A stretch of 63,950 bases of DNA, the filler included, from Choristocarpus tenellus KU-1152 (taxonomy: Eukaryota; Protista; Phaeophyceae): the NCBI GenBank assembly GCA_964200185.2. It is 14 parts of 14 records of this genome, joined end to end, with 100 filler letters (N's around TTAATTAATTAA, not from the genome) between each part and the next. Parts side by side here need not be neighbours in the genome. Positions count along the whole stretch, not along the records: positions 1 to 5,454 come from CAXNAD020010725.1; positions 5,555 to 10,302 come from CAXNAD020013225.1; positions 10,403 to 12,975 come from CAXNAD020026657.1; 11 more parts are not named here. One strand, given 5' to 3'. Below are positions 1-12,689 of this stretch, one piece after another. The notes beneath the pieces are model-generated. The model was given only the letters and a program-made list of their open reading frames with translations. It was not told where the DNA came from and searched no databases. The position numbers and the translations under genes are program-made. Positions within the stretch are counted from its first letter, which is position 1, and each line of letters begins with the position of its first letter.

Positions 1-1006
1 ATGGTGTGTGGTGTACAATAAAAAAGGTTGATGCCCACATGGAAGAAAAAAAAATTAATGACATCTAAACTCACTCCCATCCCCTCTCTCTAACCCCCAT
101 AGTAATAAAAAATAAATACTGAAAAATTTCGGTGCTAAAGGAAAGTCCCGTCCCCATATTTTGACCTGTATGGTTGCCTGATATTAAAGACAGTGCCAAA
201 ACAAGGTATAAAATAGAAGTTCCGTCATGAAGTTTCCAGTTTCACATGTCCAATGCAACTTATCTGACTGACTATGAAAAGTACCTTAACGAGAATTGTC
301 TCGCTCAAAATGTATGCACTGGGTGCACTCTTGTTGAAAAAAATCGTCCTACAATGCCACAATCAACCCACAGCCATGGTGAAGTCAAACAATAAGGCCC
401 TAGTATGAGTGGATGAAACTCTTTTCGCGTGTGTGTGTGAGGTCAATAAAACAAGCGACAAAAGACTTGCTCCGACTCACTCTCGAAAAGGACTGACAAC
501 ACCGAGAACGTATGTCAAGAATTACTCGCCCTGTGTGCGATGGGGTTCATCTATCGACAGCACAAGAGGTTCATATCATTGCAATAACGTAGTTTCAGAT
601 CGTTCGCGTTCTACATGGGTTCTTCCTGTAATGCTTGGAAAAGCTCAAATTGAGATCAAAAATGGCTTCACGAGAAAGCACGGATATAAAATTGATAGGA
701 ATCACCAAGCATCAGAGTAGCGGTAAACCAAAGTCCATAAGCACAAGAATACTTTGTGAATTCTTCACTCCATTGGTGGCGTGTAAGCACCAACACGGTC
801 GGTCATATAGGACAGTAGACAACGGAATACTCTTCTTGACTGCTTACGAGAGCCCGCTATTCTCGTCAACAAGTGGGTAATGAGAGGATCGATCCTAAAC
901 ACTTCCTACCCCGGACTTGTATCTCGTATAATGAGAATGTAAACAGTACAGCTCCTCCTACAGCGTAAACAGGGGTGGGCAACTAGCTTTGCTAAGGGTC
1001 ATTCAC

Positions 1007-1309
1007 CTGCATCCTGAGCGCGGGAAACATTCCCCCAGAAGACGAGTTGAGGTCATAATGTTTGCCAAACGTTGTCTTATAGTTCCACACCGGCTTTACC
1101 GTCCCTTTGACCACACTTGTGTTCCTGATACCTTCATTTTGGATGGGGCGTCCTGCCAGATCCACTAAGCTGATTTCCACGAAGGGATTAGAAAGTCCCC
1201 CACCACCCATACCCAGCAGGCCTGCAGCCTCTACTACCTCGACCTCGAGAAGTCGGTGAGGTGAGTCTTCATTGCTGGGAGGAGGAGGCTTTCTTGGTGG
1301 CATCGCCAT
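1007..1309 (-). CDS. C2-domain protein, first coding exon (partial gene)
   Basis: ORF reads MAMPP...LLEVEVVEAAGLLG..GGLSNPFVEISL...TSVVKGTVKPVWN, a typical C2 beta-sandwich N-half. It ends at a CAG|GTGAAT donor (1007/1006). Downstream exons were not resolved. Confidence 0.85.
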
Positions 1310-1959
1310 GATGAACCTGAGTGTGGGTGTTTCTTACAGCGGTGGAGGTCTAGAGTGGCGAGATTTCCGGCCCTCAAAATCGCCGCAAACCTCTAAAATT
1401 CCCTCCACAATTCTATTGCATCGATTGGGCAACGGTGACAAGGCGAAGGAGTATGATCAGCGTAAAAATATGGGATCACAATTTATCAGAAAGCCTACAG
1501 TGATGCATAGGTCACGGTCACTATTGCTACTCGCCACCTACGGCAATCTAAGACCTGTCTCTGGCTCACCGATGGGAGGAGAACTATAAATCGTTTCTTC
1601 AGGACCAGTTTTAACTCTGTCACCATCCCAAGGTGGGTTACTGGAATAGATATGTTGGTGGTGCTTAATTTGATTTCTTTCTGAAGTTGTGTATCAACCA
1701 AAATGGGATCGTAACTTGGAAACTACAAGGAACAAACAATTACTCTGAAACATGAAATACTCGTCTCATACCAGTAAACAAAAAAATAAAATACAAGGTG
1801 AGATCTTGGATTGACTAGCGAGTCTTCCCTCCGATTTCTGCTCAATACATAAACCTACCAGAACGTCACTTTTCAGATATTTATATGAGAGGGTAAAATA
1901 ATACGTACGTTTAGTGGTATTAGTTACTTTTCAACGATAACCTATATTTATTTTATTAT

Positions 1960-2060
1960 TCTGCTCTCTCTCATTTTTCAGATATGTCTGGCGAAAAACC
2001 AATGAAAACTGTTCACATGTCAGAAAAATCAAACTTTTGTCATAAATGTGAAAAACATTG
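1960..2060. repeat. Unclassified dispersed repeat family (copies near 28705-28760, 41150-41232, 44630-44710)
   Basis: GAAAAACCAATGAAAACTGTTCACATGTCAGAAAAATC matches the reverse complement of 44635-44680. TCTGACATTTTGC..ATGTGT..AATTCAATATC is shared by 28708 and 41190. Confidence 0.55.
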
Positions 2061-2194
2061 ATCTATTTGCTATTTCTCTACCAGCTGTCCTGTATCACTG
2101 CCTTCCCATATACCTGCCGCCAGGGTGAGAAGTTTTATTGTATCATCCTCCCAAAATGAACGAGTATGTCCAAGAATATGTATATTATCCCATA

Positions 2195-2597
2195 TATCTA
2201 TTCGTATCTGGATCTTCTCGGGAAATATTTGTCTTGGCAGCTTTGTTCTTTGTTATTTAATCCACACTTCACTAAATAATACTAAAATCAACATATTGGG
2301 ACGCCCATCCACACAACAAAAGGATGTTGGGGAAGTTTGAATGCCCAAAACTTGTGATAGATAACGAAATTTCTTATGAACTTGGGTTTAACCTGATCAC
2401 ATATGTATGTTCGTACATAGATCTCGGAAAATATTCTTGGGATTTTTGTTCTTTGTAATTTTATCCACACTTCACCAGATACTAAAATCAAGATATTGGG
2501 ACACCTATCCAACACCCATACAAGGGAGGATATTGGGGACGTTTGAATGTCCAGAACTTGTGATAGATAACGAAATTTCTTATGAACTTGAGTTTAA
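2195..2597. repeat. Tandem duplication, about 200-bp unit x2
   Basis: AACTTGTGATAGATAACGAAATTTCTTATGAACTTG and its flanks occur at about 2349 and about 2555. Confidence 0.85.
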
Positions 2598-2929
2598 TGT
2601 GTTGGTATGCTCCTCTACCTTATTTTCCATGTCACTTTTGTTGTTGATTCCTTCCTCAATCGACAAAATCCCTACTAAAATATAGACACTTGGACGTCCG
2701 TCCGTCCACCCTCACAGCAGGAACGTCAGGACCTTTGCCACCTCTTTATCTCCTGGTAAAAAAGGAATTTCACTATCGAAGTGGTTGTGTGGTGATCCTC
2801 CTTCTATTAGGCGGCTTTTCTGAAGCTAAAAATGCCTTTATTATTATCCTGTCATCTAAATTAGGTACTCTGAAAGACAACGTCTATAGTGAGACTTGTA
2901 CTTCTTGTACTTCAAGTAGGGTTGACAGC

Positions 2930-3420
2930 CTTTATGTGCCATTCCGGCCAAGGTAAAGGAGGTGGTAGGCCTGGACCTTCCAGAGGTACTTCTGGACTAT
3001 CTTCCTTTCAAGTCTCCCTTCTGACTTCCACCAGATAGGGAAATTGTCCCTCAAATCTGGCAAAGTGCATGGCCAGTTTCTCCTGACGAACTGTTTCTCC
3101 TTCCCCCACATAATTTCAATGAAATTATGTTCACAATGAAAGTTGGGAAGGATGAGACAATGGTCTCCCAGGTGCTCAGCCAGGATTTTGAGGCTTGACT
3201 CTACCAAGGACATGCAACATGAACTTACACTTGTCTTGCTCATACCAAAGCTCTCTTCCCTGTAGTACCTCCCTCATACCCTTACTCCTATCCACGTATT
3301 CCTCATTGGTCATACGTGGAAAAAAGAATAGTGGTCCTTCCCACTAAGAGAAAGTAAGGGTTTGAATAAACCCGGCCTCCCACCTCCTACATTCGCAAAG
3401 TTTTGGCTTCCAGTAGCTTC
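2930..3420 (-). mobile_element. IS630/Tc1-like DDE transposase remnant
   Basis: Motifs KGMREVLQGRELW and HCLILPNFHCEHNFIEIMWGKEKQFVRR resemble the LPKFHCELNPIE..WG..K signature. The frame is broken by frameshifts and stops. Confidence 0.75.
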
Positions 3421-3831
3421 TGAGGGTTCAGCGGCGGCAAATCTTGTCCCTTCCCCTCAGCACCTACTCCAACATTCTTGTTGAAGATCATTGCAACACT
3501 CTCTTCCGGTCAATTATGACAGGAAGATCAACCAAAGAAGAACATAGGTGCATAATCAGTGTAATCACACAGTTAATGACTGCAAGCACCTCTATCAGAT
3601 CTGCAGTGTATTGCGGCATTTTTAGACGGAGTCCAGTACTCTTCACAGTTCCCTCCAAACTCTAACAGGTCGTATGTCCACGTCAGCACGTCAGTGTCCG
3701 TGAAAAGTATGTCTATAGCCCAGTCTACATCCAACTCCACACTGGCATTACCTCCTCTGTGGCCTTGGTTTCTACAGCCATACATCATTACCTCCAGGTT
3801 TCATGGACTCTGGTCAGCGAATTCCTTAATT

Positions 3832-4083
3832 GAGTGAAAGTATCTAAGAGGGTACGAGTTTTGTCCTGTTTGTCGATTGGGGGCTTGGCTTCCCTCAGGG
3901 GTTTTATGATATTTTCCTACTCCAAAATATTTCGGAGTAGGTAAAATGTTATGAAAAGGTGTGTCCGGAACAAGGATAATGTCACTTCCTAACAAACACG
4001 GTAGCCAAGATTACATCGAAATCGCATCATTGGATTTTGACCCCCAAATGGACACGGCTCTACCCTCTAAGATACTTTGGGTC
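3832..4083 (+). mobile_element. MITE family A (about 255 bp, Sola-like termini), copy 1
   Basis: Inverted termini GAGTGAAAGTATCTAAGAGGGTA ... TACCCTCTAAGATACTTTGGGTC; 4-bp TSD AATT; internal CCTACTCC..GGAGTAGG palindrome. Confidence 0.9.
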
Positions 4084-4490
4084 AATTGCAAACATGAAGC
4101 CATCCCTTGTAATGGTCCCTTAAAAAAATATTCGTGGACCTTCCGACTTGCTCTCCACAGCTGCGATGCCAGGCATGTGCCACGCATTGTTTTGGCCATG
4201 GTTGGCTGACAAGGAGCATAAGGTAGAAAAGAGGTAATCAAAAGCACCCTTGTAAGTTGTGTACCAACTTGAAGTATGTAGTACTCTGCAGAGAATCAAC
4301 CTGAATGAACACTCAGAGTCGTACTAACTAAGAGTGGGGTAGGATTGAATCTTTGCATTGTGGTATGGGTAATTTAGAACTTAGTAGGGCTCTTTCGGCT
4401 AATAATATGATACCATCATATCTTCTCTTCTGCAACGACACCTTCCTTGGGAGGATTGACTGCATTTCAGGTATGGGACTGGTATGTGTA

Positions 4491-4749
4491 GACCAAAAGC
4501 ATTTAAGAGGGCAGGAGTTTTGCCCTAATTATCCGTTCGGGGCTTGGCTTCCCACGGGTTTTTTATGCCCTTTTTCGGTTTTCGAAACAGTTGGGAGTAG
4601 GACAAATGCATACGACTATGAATGGTGTGTCCGAAGCAAGGATATTGAAACTTGCTAATAAACACAACAGTCAATATTACATCAAAATCGCAACATTGGA
4701 TTTTGGACCCCAAACGGACGGGCACCTACCCTCTTAAATGATTTGACTC
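4491..4749 (+). mobile_element. MITE family A, diverged copy
   Basis: Colinear with 3832-4083, with degenerate TIRs and no clear TSD. Confidence 0.8.
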
Positions 4750-5276
4750 GTTGCGCAAGGTTCAAGGTTTTCAGCAATTGAAACGGTCCAAAACATACAC
4801 CCCCCTCACAGTTTGGCATGGCTTTCAAATAATTCATTACAAGCGCTATTACCTACCATTGAAGATGTGCTATTTTATATTCCGCCAAACCTGACCTGTC
4901 CTGTCTACGTGAGCTTTGCTGAGCTCTTCCTCACCAGCAACCAACACAGTGGCGTCCTCAAGTGTTTCTTGTACCTACTCCCCCGAGTAGTTCAGCAAGA
5001 TGCTGGTACTGAGGGAGGTAGGCACTATACCGACACTGAAGGACAACTTCGCCGTCATGTCTGTCGAAGTAGGGGGATGACCTGAAGTCATCAAAGCTGT
5101 ACCCTTATTTTTTTAGCCACTCCCTTGCAGTACTACTACATACACCATACGCTATCTTGCCGTCCTCACCCGGTGTACGTCTGATGTTTAGATCATAGAA
5201 GAGGTCTAGCCCCTAGAATTCAGCTTCCCTCATCATAAGTAATACGTTCTCATTGCGGAACTTCACAAATCCTCCA

Positions 5277-5454
5277 GAGCCAAAGTATCTTAGAGGGTAG
5301 GGCCGCGTCCATTTGGGGACTAAAATCCAAAGTTCCTATTTGGATGAAATTTTGACTATAGTGTTTTGTTTGGAAGTGTCAATATCCTTGTTCAAGACAC
5401 ACCTATCCATAACATACCCACTTTACCTACTCCAAAATATTCTTGAGTAGGAAA
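5277..5454 (-). mobile_element. MITE family A, truncated by contig end
   Basis: GAGCCAAAGTATCTTAGAGGGTAGGGCCGCGTCCATTTGGGG is the reverse complement of the family 3' end. Confidence 0.85.
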
Positions 5455-5554
5455 NNNNNNNNNNNNNNNNNNNNNNNNNNNNNNNNNNNNNNNNNNNNTT
5501 AATTAATTAANNNNNNNNNNNNNNNNNNNNNNNNNNNNNNNNNNNNNNNNNNNN
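5455..5554. other. Artificial contig spacer (N44-TTAATTAATTAA-N44). Others at 10303, 12976, 18264, 22142, 26637, 31015, 37847, 40833, 44286, 48251, 51855, 60944
   Basis: The same 100-nt linker, with stop codons in all six frames, is repeated 13 times. Confidence 0.98.
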
Positions 5555-6182
5555 TGTGCCAGGTGTTCGAGGGGGACAAACCTTCCACCCCCCCCCCCCC
5601 CCCCCCAGTACTTTTTCTCCTGGGGTGCATTCAGCAGCTCATAATAAAGAAGAAAAAAATATTCCTGTTTTTTTCATGTTTTACAAGAGGCGTTCGCCGC
5701 ACCTCGCAAAAATAGATAAATTGAGTAGAAAATTACCTTTCTTTCACTAGGAAATACAACAGTGAACCCTAACCCTAGGCTCGCTTGCCGCGACAAATAA
5801 CGAAAGGTGCATCACATATATACACATAAACATATGTATGTATATATGTATGTATGTATTATGTATGTATATACACATATATACACATAAACATATGTAT
5901 ATATGTATGTCCGTGCTTGAGTGTATTGTTACAAGGGAAGGAAGTTTTTGTTTTAAAAAACATGAATCAACAACGTGGCAATTGTTTTTGGGGGACAAGA
6001 ATCGGAGATTCCTTCCTATCAACCAGATACAGGTAGGGGGGGGACATGGGAGGATGGGGGTGTATACGATGTCGTAAGGTTGTATCACCTCTATGCCCCT
6101 GCTCATAGCCGCTGGTGGTGTATATAGTCAGTATCACCATCACCTCTATGCCCCCGCTCGTAGCCACTGGTGGTGTATATAG

Positions 6183-6438
6183 TCGATAGTCAGCACGTTT
6201 AATAATAGTCGTCTCTTTTTTTTGTTTGTTGTTGCAGTTGTAACAGTTACACAGACTAGACTGTGGCGAGTTCTGCATCTACTTCCTCGGCTGTTGTTGC
6301 CACAAACCCAGTCGATAGTCAGCACGTTTAATAATAGTCGTCTCTTTTTTTTGTTTGTTGTTGCAGTTGTAACAGTTACACAGACTAGACTGTGGTGAGT
6401 TCTGCATCTACTTCCTCGGCTGTTGTTGCCACAAACCC
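6183..6438. repeat. Tandem duplication, about 128-bp unit x2 (probably intronic)
   Basis: GTCGATAGTCAGCACGTTTAATAATAGTCG...GTTGTTGCCACAAACCC appears twice, nearly identical. Confidence 0.9.
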
Positions 6439-6597
6439 TAACCCTAACGTGCTGCTGTTGTTGACGGTGTTCGTGTGTACACACACCGGACATGACATGG
6501 CAAAAAAAAACAAAAAAAAATTGAAACTTGAAAACTTGGCAAGAAATTACACTTTTTTTTTTCTTCCCTTTCAATAAAAAATAATATGTATGTGAAG

Positions 6598-9500
6598 ACC
6601 GCCTCCTGAAACGGCGGTCATGCCTGCGGAGGAGAGCTATGCCAGCAAGGCCGTGGTCCTCCTCCTGTGCTTTGTGGGGCTGCAGGGGTCTTACCTGACG
6701 TGGGGGTTCTTTCAGGAGATTGTGAGTGTTTTGAAGAAAAAAAAAAAGATTCTGTGTGCAGCGACAAGACTGGACACAATACAATGCTGGCTCTGACCCC
6801 CAGGGGCCGGAGTTAATTTTTTTTTAGTACCAGAAAGATCATGTTTTTAAGTTCTGTGCACACTGCCTGGTAGGGATTTAAAAAAAATCTATTTTTGGCA
6901 ATGTGTATATTTGTACTTTAGTGTGCTGTTTTTTTATCTTTTTTTGGAAAAATAGTGCGAAAATGTATTTCATACCATGATTGAAATTGTATTTTAACTG
7001 CTTACAATGAAAATAATATATAATTTTTTATAGGGTTATGGGGAAGAACATGGTATTTAGTTGAGACAATGTATTTGTGATCGATGGAAGTGGCTCCTGT
7101 GACTGTACCCCATTTTTATTTATTATTTATTTTTTTGAGGTCAATAAATAAACAATTTTGCTGGATCGAGTTATGTTGCTTCTAGTGCCGAAGTTTTATT
7201 ATTATTAATATTAATATTAATATTAATTTTTAGTATTAATGGTGGTATTATTGCTTAAGATTAATGGTACTACCATTGCTTTTATTGCAGAAGACCATTA
7301 AATATTATCGATCACGATCATAAAACTTTATTTTTTATTATTTATTATCCCCGTTCGTCACTCACTCACTCACTCACCCTGTTCTCATTTTTTTTTTTCT
7401 GTCTTCCCCCTCCCCCACCCCCCCAGGTAAAAACAACAGAGTACGGTGGAGGAAACGGTATCCCCGGGGAGAAATTTCCTAGCTCTGTCTTCATTGTATT
7501 GGGAAACAGGCTGTTGGCGCTCCTGATTTCAGGAATATTGATATACACACCCGTTCTGGGCCGTCCCAAGGCTGGGGAGGTGAAGAATAGCGCACCTATG
7601 ATAAGCTTTGCGCCATGCTCACTCTCCAACGTGCTCAGCAGCTGGGCGCAGTACGCCTGCCTTGATTACATTTCTTTTCCCATGCAGGTGTGAGGTGTGA
7701 AAGAACGACAATTGTGTGTGTGTGTGTGTGTGTGTGTGAGTTGGTGTTGGTGTTGGTGTTGGTGTATGTAGAAGAACAATTGTGTGTGTGTGTGAGTTGG
7801 TGTTTGTGTATGTAGAAGAACAATTGTGTGTGTGTGTGTGAGTTGGTGTTGGTGTATGTAGAAGAACAATTGTGTGTGTGTGTGTGTGAGTTGGTGTTTG
7901 TGTTTGTGTATGTAGAAGAACAATTGTGAGTGTTTTTGTGTGTGACAGAACAATTGTGTGCCTGTTGGTGTGTGTTGGTGTGCGAAAGAAGAAGATCATA
8001 TCCGTGAAGAAAGAAGTGTATTTGTAAGGGATAAGAATGTGTGTGAGTGTGTGTATGTGTGTTTGTGTTTGTGAATTGTTGTACTTGCATTGAAAGGGTT
8101 TGGTGGTTTGTTTTATTTTTGAAGGACAGAGTGGAGGAGGGTTGCTTTCAAGCTTGTTTCTCTTTCTTAGGTTTTATCTTATTGAAGTATATAATGTCGT
8201 GGATGGTGTTTTTATTATTATTATTTATGGTGCCTGCGAAGTATTTTTATTTTATTTTGTAGGGAACGATGTGCTCTAATAATTGTTTTTTTTTTTAGTG
8301 CAAGAGATTTTTATATTTTTAGTCCTCGAATTCCATCTCACCTTCTCTCCACTCTGTTTTTTATTTATTTTGTATGTAAATTCTAATAAATAATAATATA
8401 GATATTCCCATACTTCGAAGTATTTTAGGGATGTACAAATTAGTGGTGTGTACAGGGAGGTCCTACATACATGAGTATTTTTAGTGTGTTGACAGAACGT
8501 GATGATCATACATCATTTAACCACTTTATCTCTTTTTCCCCTTTTAATAGTAATAATAATGAATGTAGTAACATCTATTTTGTGTACTAGTGTTTCTGAA
8601 GTTGAGTAGATTGTTTTTTTCTCATTTAAAAAAGAAAGGTTTGTTTTGTGTACATTTTCTAGTCATACTTTTATTATTATTATTATTATTATTTTGAGGA
8701 ATATCCCAAGACACGCTATCGCTGGGGATAGCTGACTGGCTGGGCATTACTATTTTTTATTTATTATTATTATTATTATTGTAGTGTTGAGTGAGTGTAT
8801 GATAACTAGTTGCCTGGTTTCTTCTGGAGAGAGTTTTTTTTTTTTAATTTGAATAGCGATTATTCAGAGTGACGTTGTTTTTGTTCTGAATTATTTTTAT
8901 ATTTATTTTTGAGGTGACTGCGGAGATGGAAAGGGACGTGAAATGTCGATGGTTATGTACGATCGATCGATGTTTTGTGTGTGTGACGATAGCTACCTTT
9001 TTATTATTATTGTTATTTTTTTATTATTTTTGGGGGTATTGCATTGCGTCCATGTTTAGATATTTTTTTTTGTTATGGTGATTAGTGATGCTTTATCGAA
9101 TGAGGGAAATTTCTTGAGGTCTCATCGGGTTTTTCCTAGCGGTTGGGATATTTTGCATGTGACAACCAACAACCTACTTGGTTGTACTGCCTGTTAGTTA
9201 GTGATTATTGGTTAGTGGGTGTTGGTTGTTTGTTTCATGTATTCCAGCCATTCCATTCTCTGAAGGAGTTGTTCCTAAAGCTTTTCCTCTTGGATCAAAA
9301 CATGGCTCATGATTTCATTTTTTGTTGTTATCTGATCAGGTGGTTTCGAAGAGCTGCAAGGTCATTCCTGTAATGTTGGTAGGAAAGGTGGTTCATGGGA
9401 AGTCCTACCCTTGGATTGAGTATTTAGAGGTGAGTCATCTGATTGAGTATTTAGAGGTGGGTCATCTCGCTTGCGTTGGAAAGGGTTAGGGTTTGATGGG

Positions 9501-10154
9501 GTTTTGTTGTTGTGGTGTTTGGGTGGGTAGAAGGAGGTATTTTTACCCTTTCCTTTTTCAATGCCTTGAATGAAATAAAATAAAAATCTGTTTGTTTATG
9601 ATTGGTTGAGGATATTCTACTGGAATGTAATATGGTCTGTAACATCTAGTAGAAACTGGGAACAGAAATTTGAGATAACTTTCTGAGTGAGTCCTTACCT
9701 GATTTTTTTGTAGCGATGACAGCTAGTAGCTGAGTTCAAGCAATGCTTGGTGTTTATTTTTCCACAAGTCCCCCACTGTTTGGCTTTTTGTGTTTGCGAA
9801 TCATTTGAGATGGACGTCTCCAGCAGTGTATCAATCAGTGCGTGTGGAGTAAGTTTGGGTGAAAGTTGTGACTCCTTTTTTTATTTTATTGTGTATGTAC
9901 GAGGAGTGTGTTCTTGATAACTATGAGACGGTTTCTAGCTCGATTTATTATTATTATTAAAATTGTGTCGTTTGCCTTTGGTTGAAATTGGATGTCCGTG
10001 ATCCTTGCAGGCGTTGGCGATCACACTGGGGGTGTGTATGTTTTCATTGTCTGAGAGTCATTCGAAGGAGGGTGATGAGGGCAACACAGAGATGATTGGC
10101 CTATTGCTGGTGGTGATGTACCTGACATGTGATAGCTTCACCTCGCAATGGCAG
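6598..10154 (+). CDS. SLC35B2: PAPS transporter 1 / SLC35B (UAA family) nucleotide-sugar transporter, partial, 4 exons
   Basis: Exons 6598-6721 (CFVGLQGSYLTWGFFQEI), 7427-7687 (F..SVFIVLGNRLLA...SLSNVLSSWAQYACLDYISFPMQ), 9340-9429 (VVSKSCKVIPVMLVGKVVHGKSYPWIEYLE) and 10011-10154 (YLTCDSFTSQWQ) join in frame at GT-AG boundaries. The motifs are characteristic of SLC35B2/PAPST1. Confidence 0.9.
7700..8075. repeat. Compound minisatellite (AGAAGAACAATT-(GT)n-GAGTTGGTGTT) in an intron
   Basis: About six units are visible directly after the donor at 7688. Confidence 0.9.
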
Positions 10155-10644
10155 GTAAAAGAAACTCACATTGTTGTTTATTATTATTATTATTATTTTT
10201 TTTTTTTTATTGAAAGAATTAATAAAGTTTTAGGTTTTTTGGGGGGGGTTGTGTAGAATAGTGTGTTGGTTTAAGCAGGAGTTGGGGTTAGGGGTTGGTT
10301 GGNNNNNNNNNNNNNNNNNNNNNNNNNNNNNNNNNNNNNNNNNNNNTTAATTAATTAANNNNNNNNNNNNNNNNNNNNNNNNNNNNNNNNNNNNNNNNNN
10401 NNGCACACATAGATCAAAGAGGAGCCGTGTACATAAGGGGGGGTTACCTAGGAATGATCCTACAACCTACTGGTTTCAACATGGCCACAAGTGTTCAAGG
10501 AGCCCTTTGCCTCCTCACAGCAGCATTCCATTAGTGTGGTATATAGGGGACACACAGTAACAACACCTGTCAGGCTGGGGATCAAATATCAGACATGTAC
10601 TGTACTTTGTAAAATGCAAAGCACCATGCACACCAGGTCCTCAC

Positions 10645-12689
10645 CCTCCACAGTGTCTGGGTACTTGTCCACTAGAGCCTGCAGGCCTTCCCTCATCTGC
10701 TCGCCCCTTGCCGAAACATTCTTGAGCATAGCCCCGTCGTTTTCCTGAAGAGAGGTGACAAATTAGGCAGGACAGGTCATGTTTTAATGAGCTTGAACTG
10801 CGTGGGGACATTTGATAGGGATTAGAAACACTACTTTATCTAATGCAAAAAGCATTTGCTAGCACTCAGCTTCTTTTAGAAAATGCCTTTCTAGACATCA
10901 AGAACACCCATCAAGACCATCAATGTAGTACTTCCAGTTCACCTCAAGAATATTATAAAATGACACATGCATATCTTCATGGCAAACAGGATCCAGACTT
11001 TATCTTCACACACACTCGCGTACGCACACACACACACAAACAATGCTTGATGTTTTCAAGGACAGCAAGTGATCTTGACTCAAGACTACGCAACAAATAG
11101 GACCCTACTGTTCCGCGAATGGCATTAAAAATAAATAAATAAGAGGTAGCAGGTGTGTCGTGTCACAAATAAAAAATAACCAAGTCAAGTACATTTTTGA
11201 TAACCCAAGGCAACAAGGTATCCAACTTGCACCTTCTACCCACTCGTTTCTACTATCCCTACTATCACCAGTATCACTAGTATAACCGGTATCACTACTC
11301 AGAAGGGACATTACACCACATGCAAATTCTAGCATGTACTAATGTCATCTGGGATTGGTATTAATAGCAACAATCAAGCACCACTGGGAAAGAAAAAACG
11401 AGGAGAGGAGAGGAAGGTATCTGATCCATTAATAGGAGGGGGGAAGAGGGGCTGAGGGGAGGGCAGGGGTTTTGCTGTGATACTTTTTGTGGCAGGAAAA
11501 TGGGGAGTCTGTGCACACCTCAAGCTTGGCAGTGACACAGTTAGCGGCAGCACATGCCAGTGGGTTTCCACCAAAGGTGGAGGCATGGTCTCCAGGCTGG
11601 AACACATCACACTTGGCCTTGCACATCATTGCACCTATGGGCACCCCTCCTCCAAGTGCCTATTTCACAAGGTGGGGATACAGGAGAATTGACGGGGGGA
11701 GGGGCGTGCAAGGGTCACCTCTTAGTTCATGTTACTCTTCAGTAACTACTGTTGTATGACATTCACAAACTTAACAGTGAACCAGCATGGCAGATGGAAC
11801 TGGTATGGTAAGGTATGTTATTGCACACTTCCCTATCTCTCAATATGCACTAACCTAGCTCAGGGGTCATAGATCATATCATTATCGCAATATCTTTCCA
11901 CAGTAATATACTGCCCATTATAGTTGAGAGAGCGTGGTGATGGCCTGACACCCTAGATAGCTCGAGTGCGGTTTTTCAATGTCACACTGGAAACAAAGGT
12001 ACCAGGCGATAATCCCTGCGACGGCAAGAGGTACCTGTTACCATACAGCAACACTAGACTTGTTCACCCAACCCTATGACACCTAACATGTGTATAGATA
12101 CATCAGTAGAGAGACCCAAACATGTACTCTTACAAATCACGGCCTTACACTGCCAGTTGTTGTCAAAATGCTAGCTGTTACTCCTACTAGTGCAGCTCTC
12201 GATATCAACACTTCCTACCTTCTTCCTCCATATCACCAGTGTGATCATCTCTACAGACAAAAACTCAACAGTACAGATCTAGGGCAGATACAGAGCACTA
12301 ACTGTACTCTGGAGTAGAAGCGAAGCAGACATCTTACTGACACTTTCACAGATTCCTCACCCAGGCACACACCACATGAACCGGAAAGACCTCGCTGGGG
12401 GCCGGTGATAAAAAAAAAAGTCTCCAGCCTAGCAAAACCTTCCCAAACAGAAAAAAACTCTACTTCAACACCCAGACCTATCCCTAACCTTGATCACAGT
12501 GGCAGCTTGTTCTATTGGTTGATTGTGGGAGGTAAGACCATTTCATTGGTCCAAATGTTGCATCAAACCCCAATACCCTAAACCATCAACACACAAGTCA
12601 CCACCTCCAACCTTTGCACTGGTGAAGACATCCGGTTCCACATCGAGGTTCTCAAAACCCCACAGCTTTCCCGTACGACCAACACCCAC
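10645..12689 (-). CDS. argD: Acetylornithine aminotransferase (class III PLP enzyme), partial, 3 exons
   Basis: Exons 12689-12612 ([29 protein letters not shown] lysine), 11659-11519 ([10 protein letters not shown]...[18 protein letters not shown]) and 10744-10645 ([16 protein letters not shown]) join in frame at GT-AG boundaries. Confidence 0.92.

Noticed and set aside
7619-8090. THT/HTH-rich ORFs
   Set aside because: These are translations of the intronic (GT)n minisatellite on the opposite strand.
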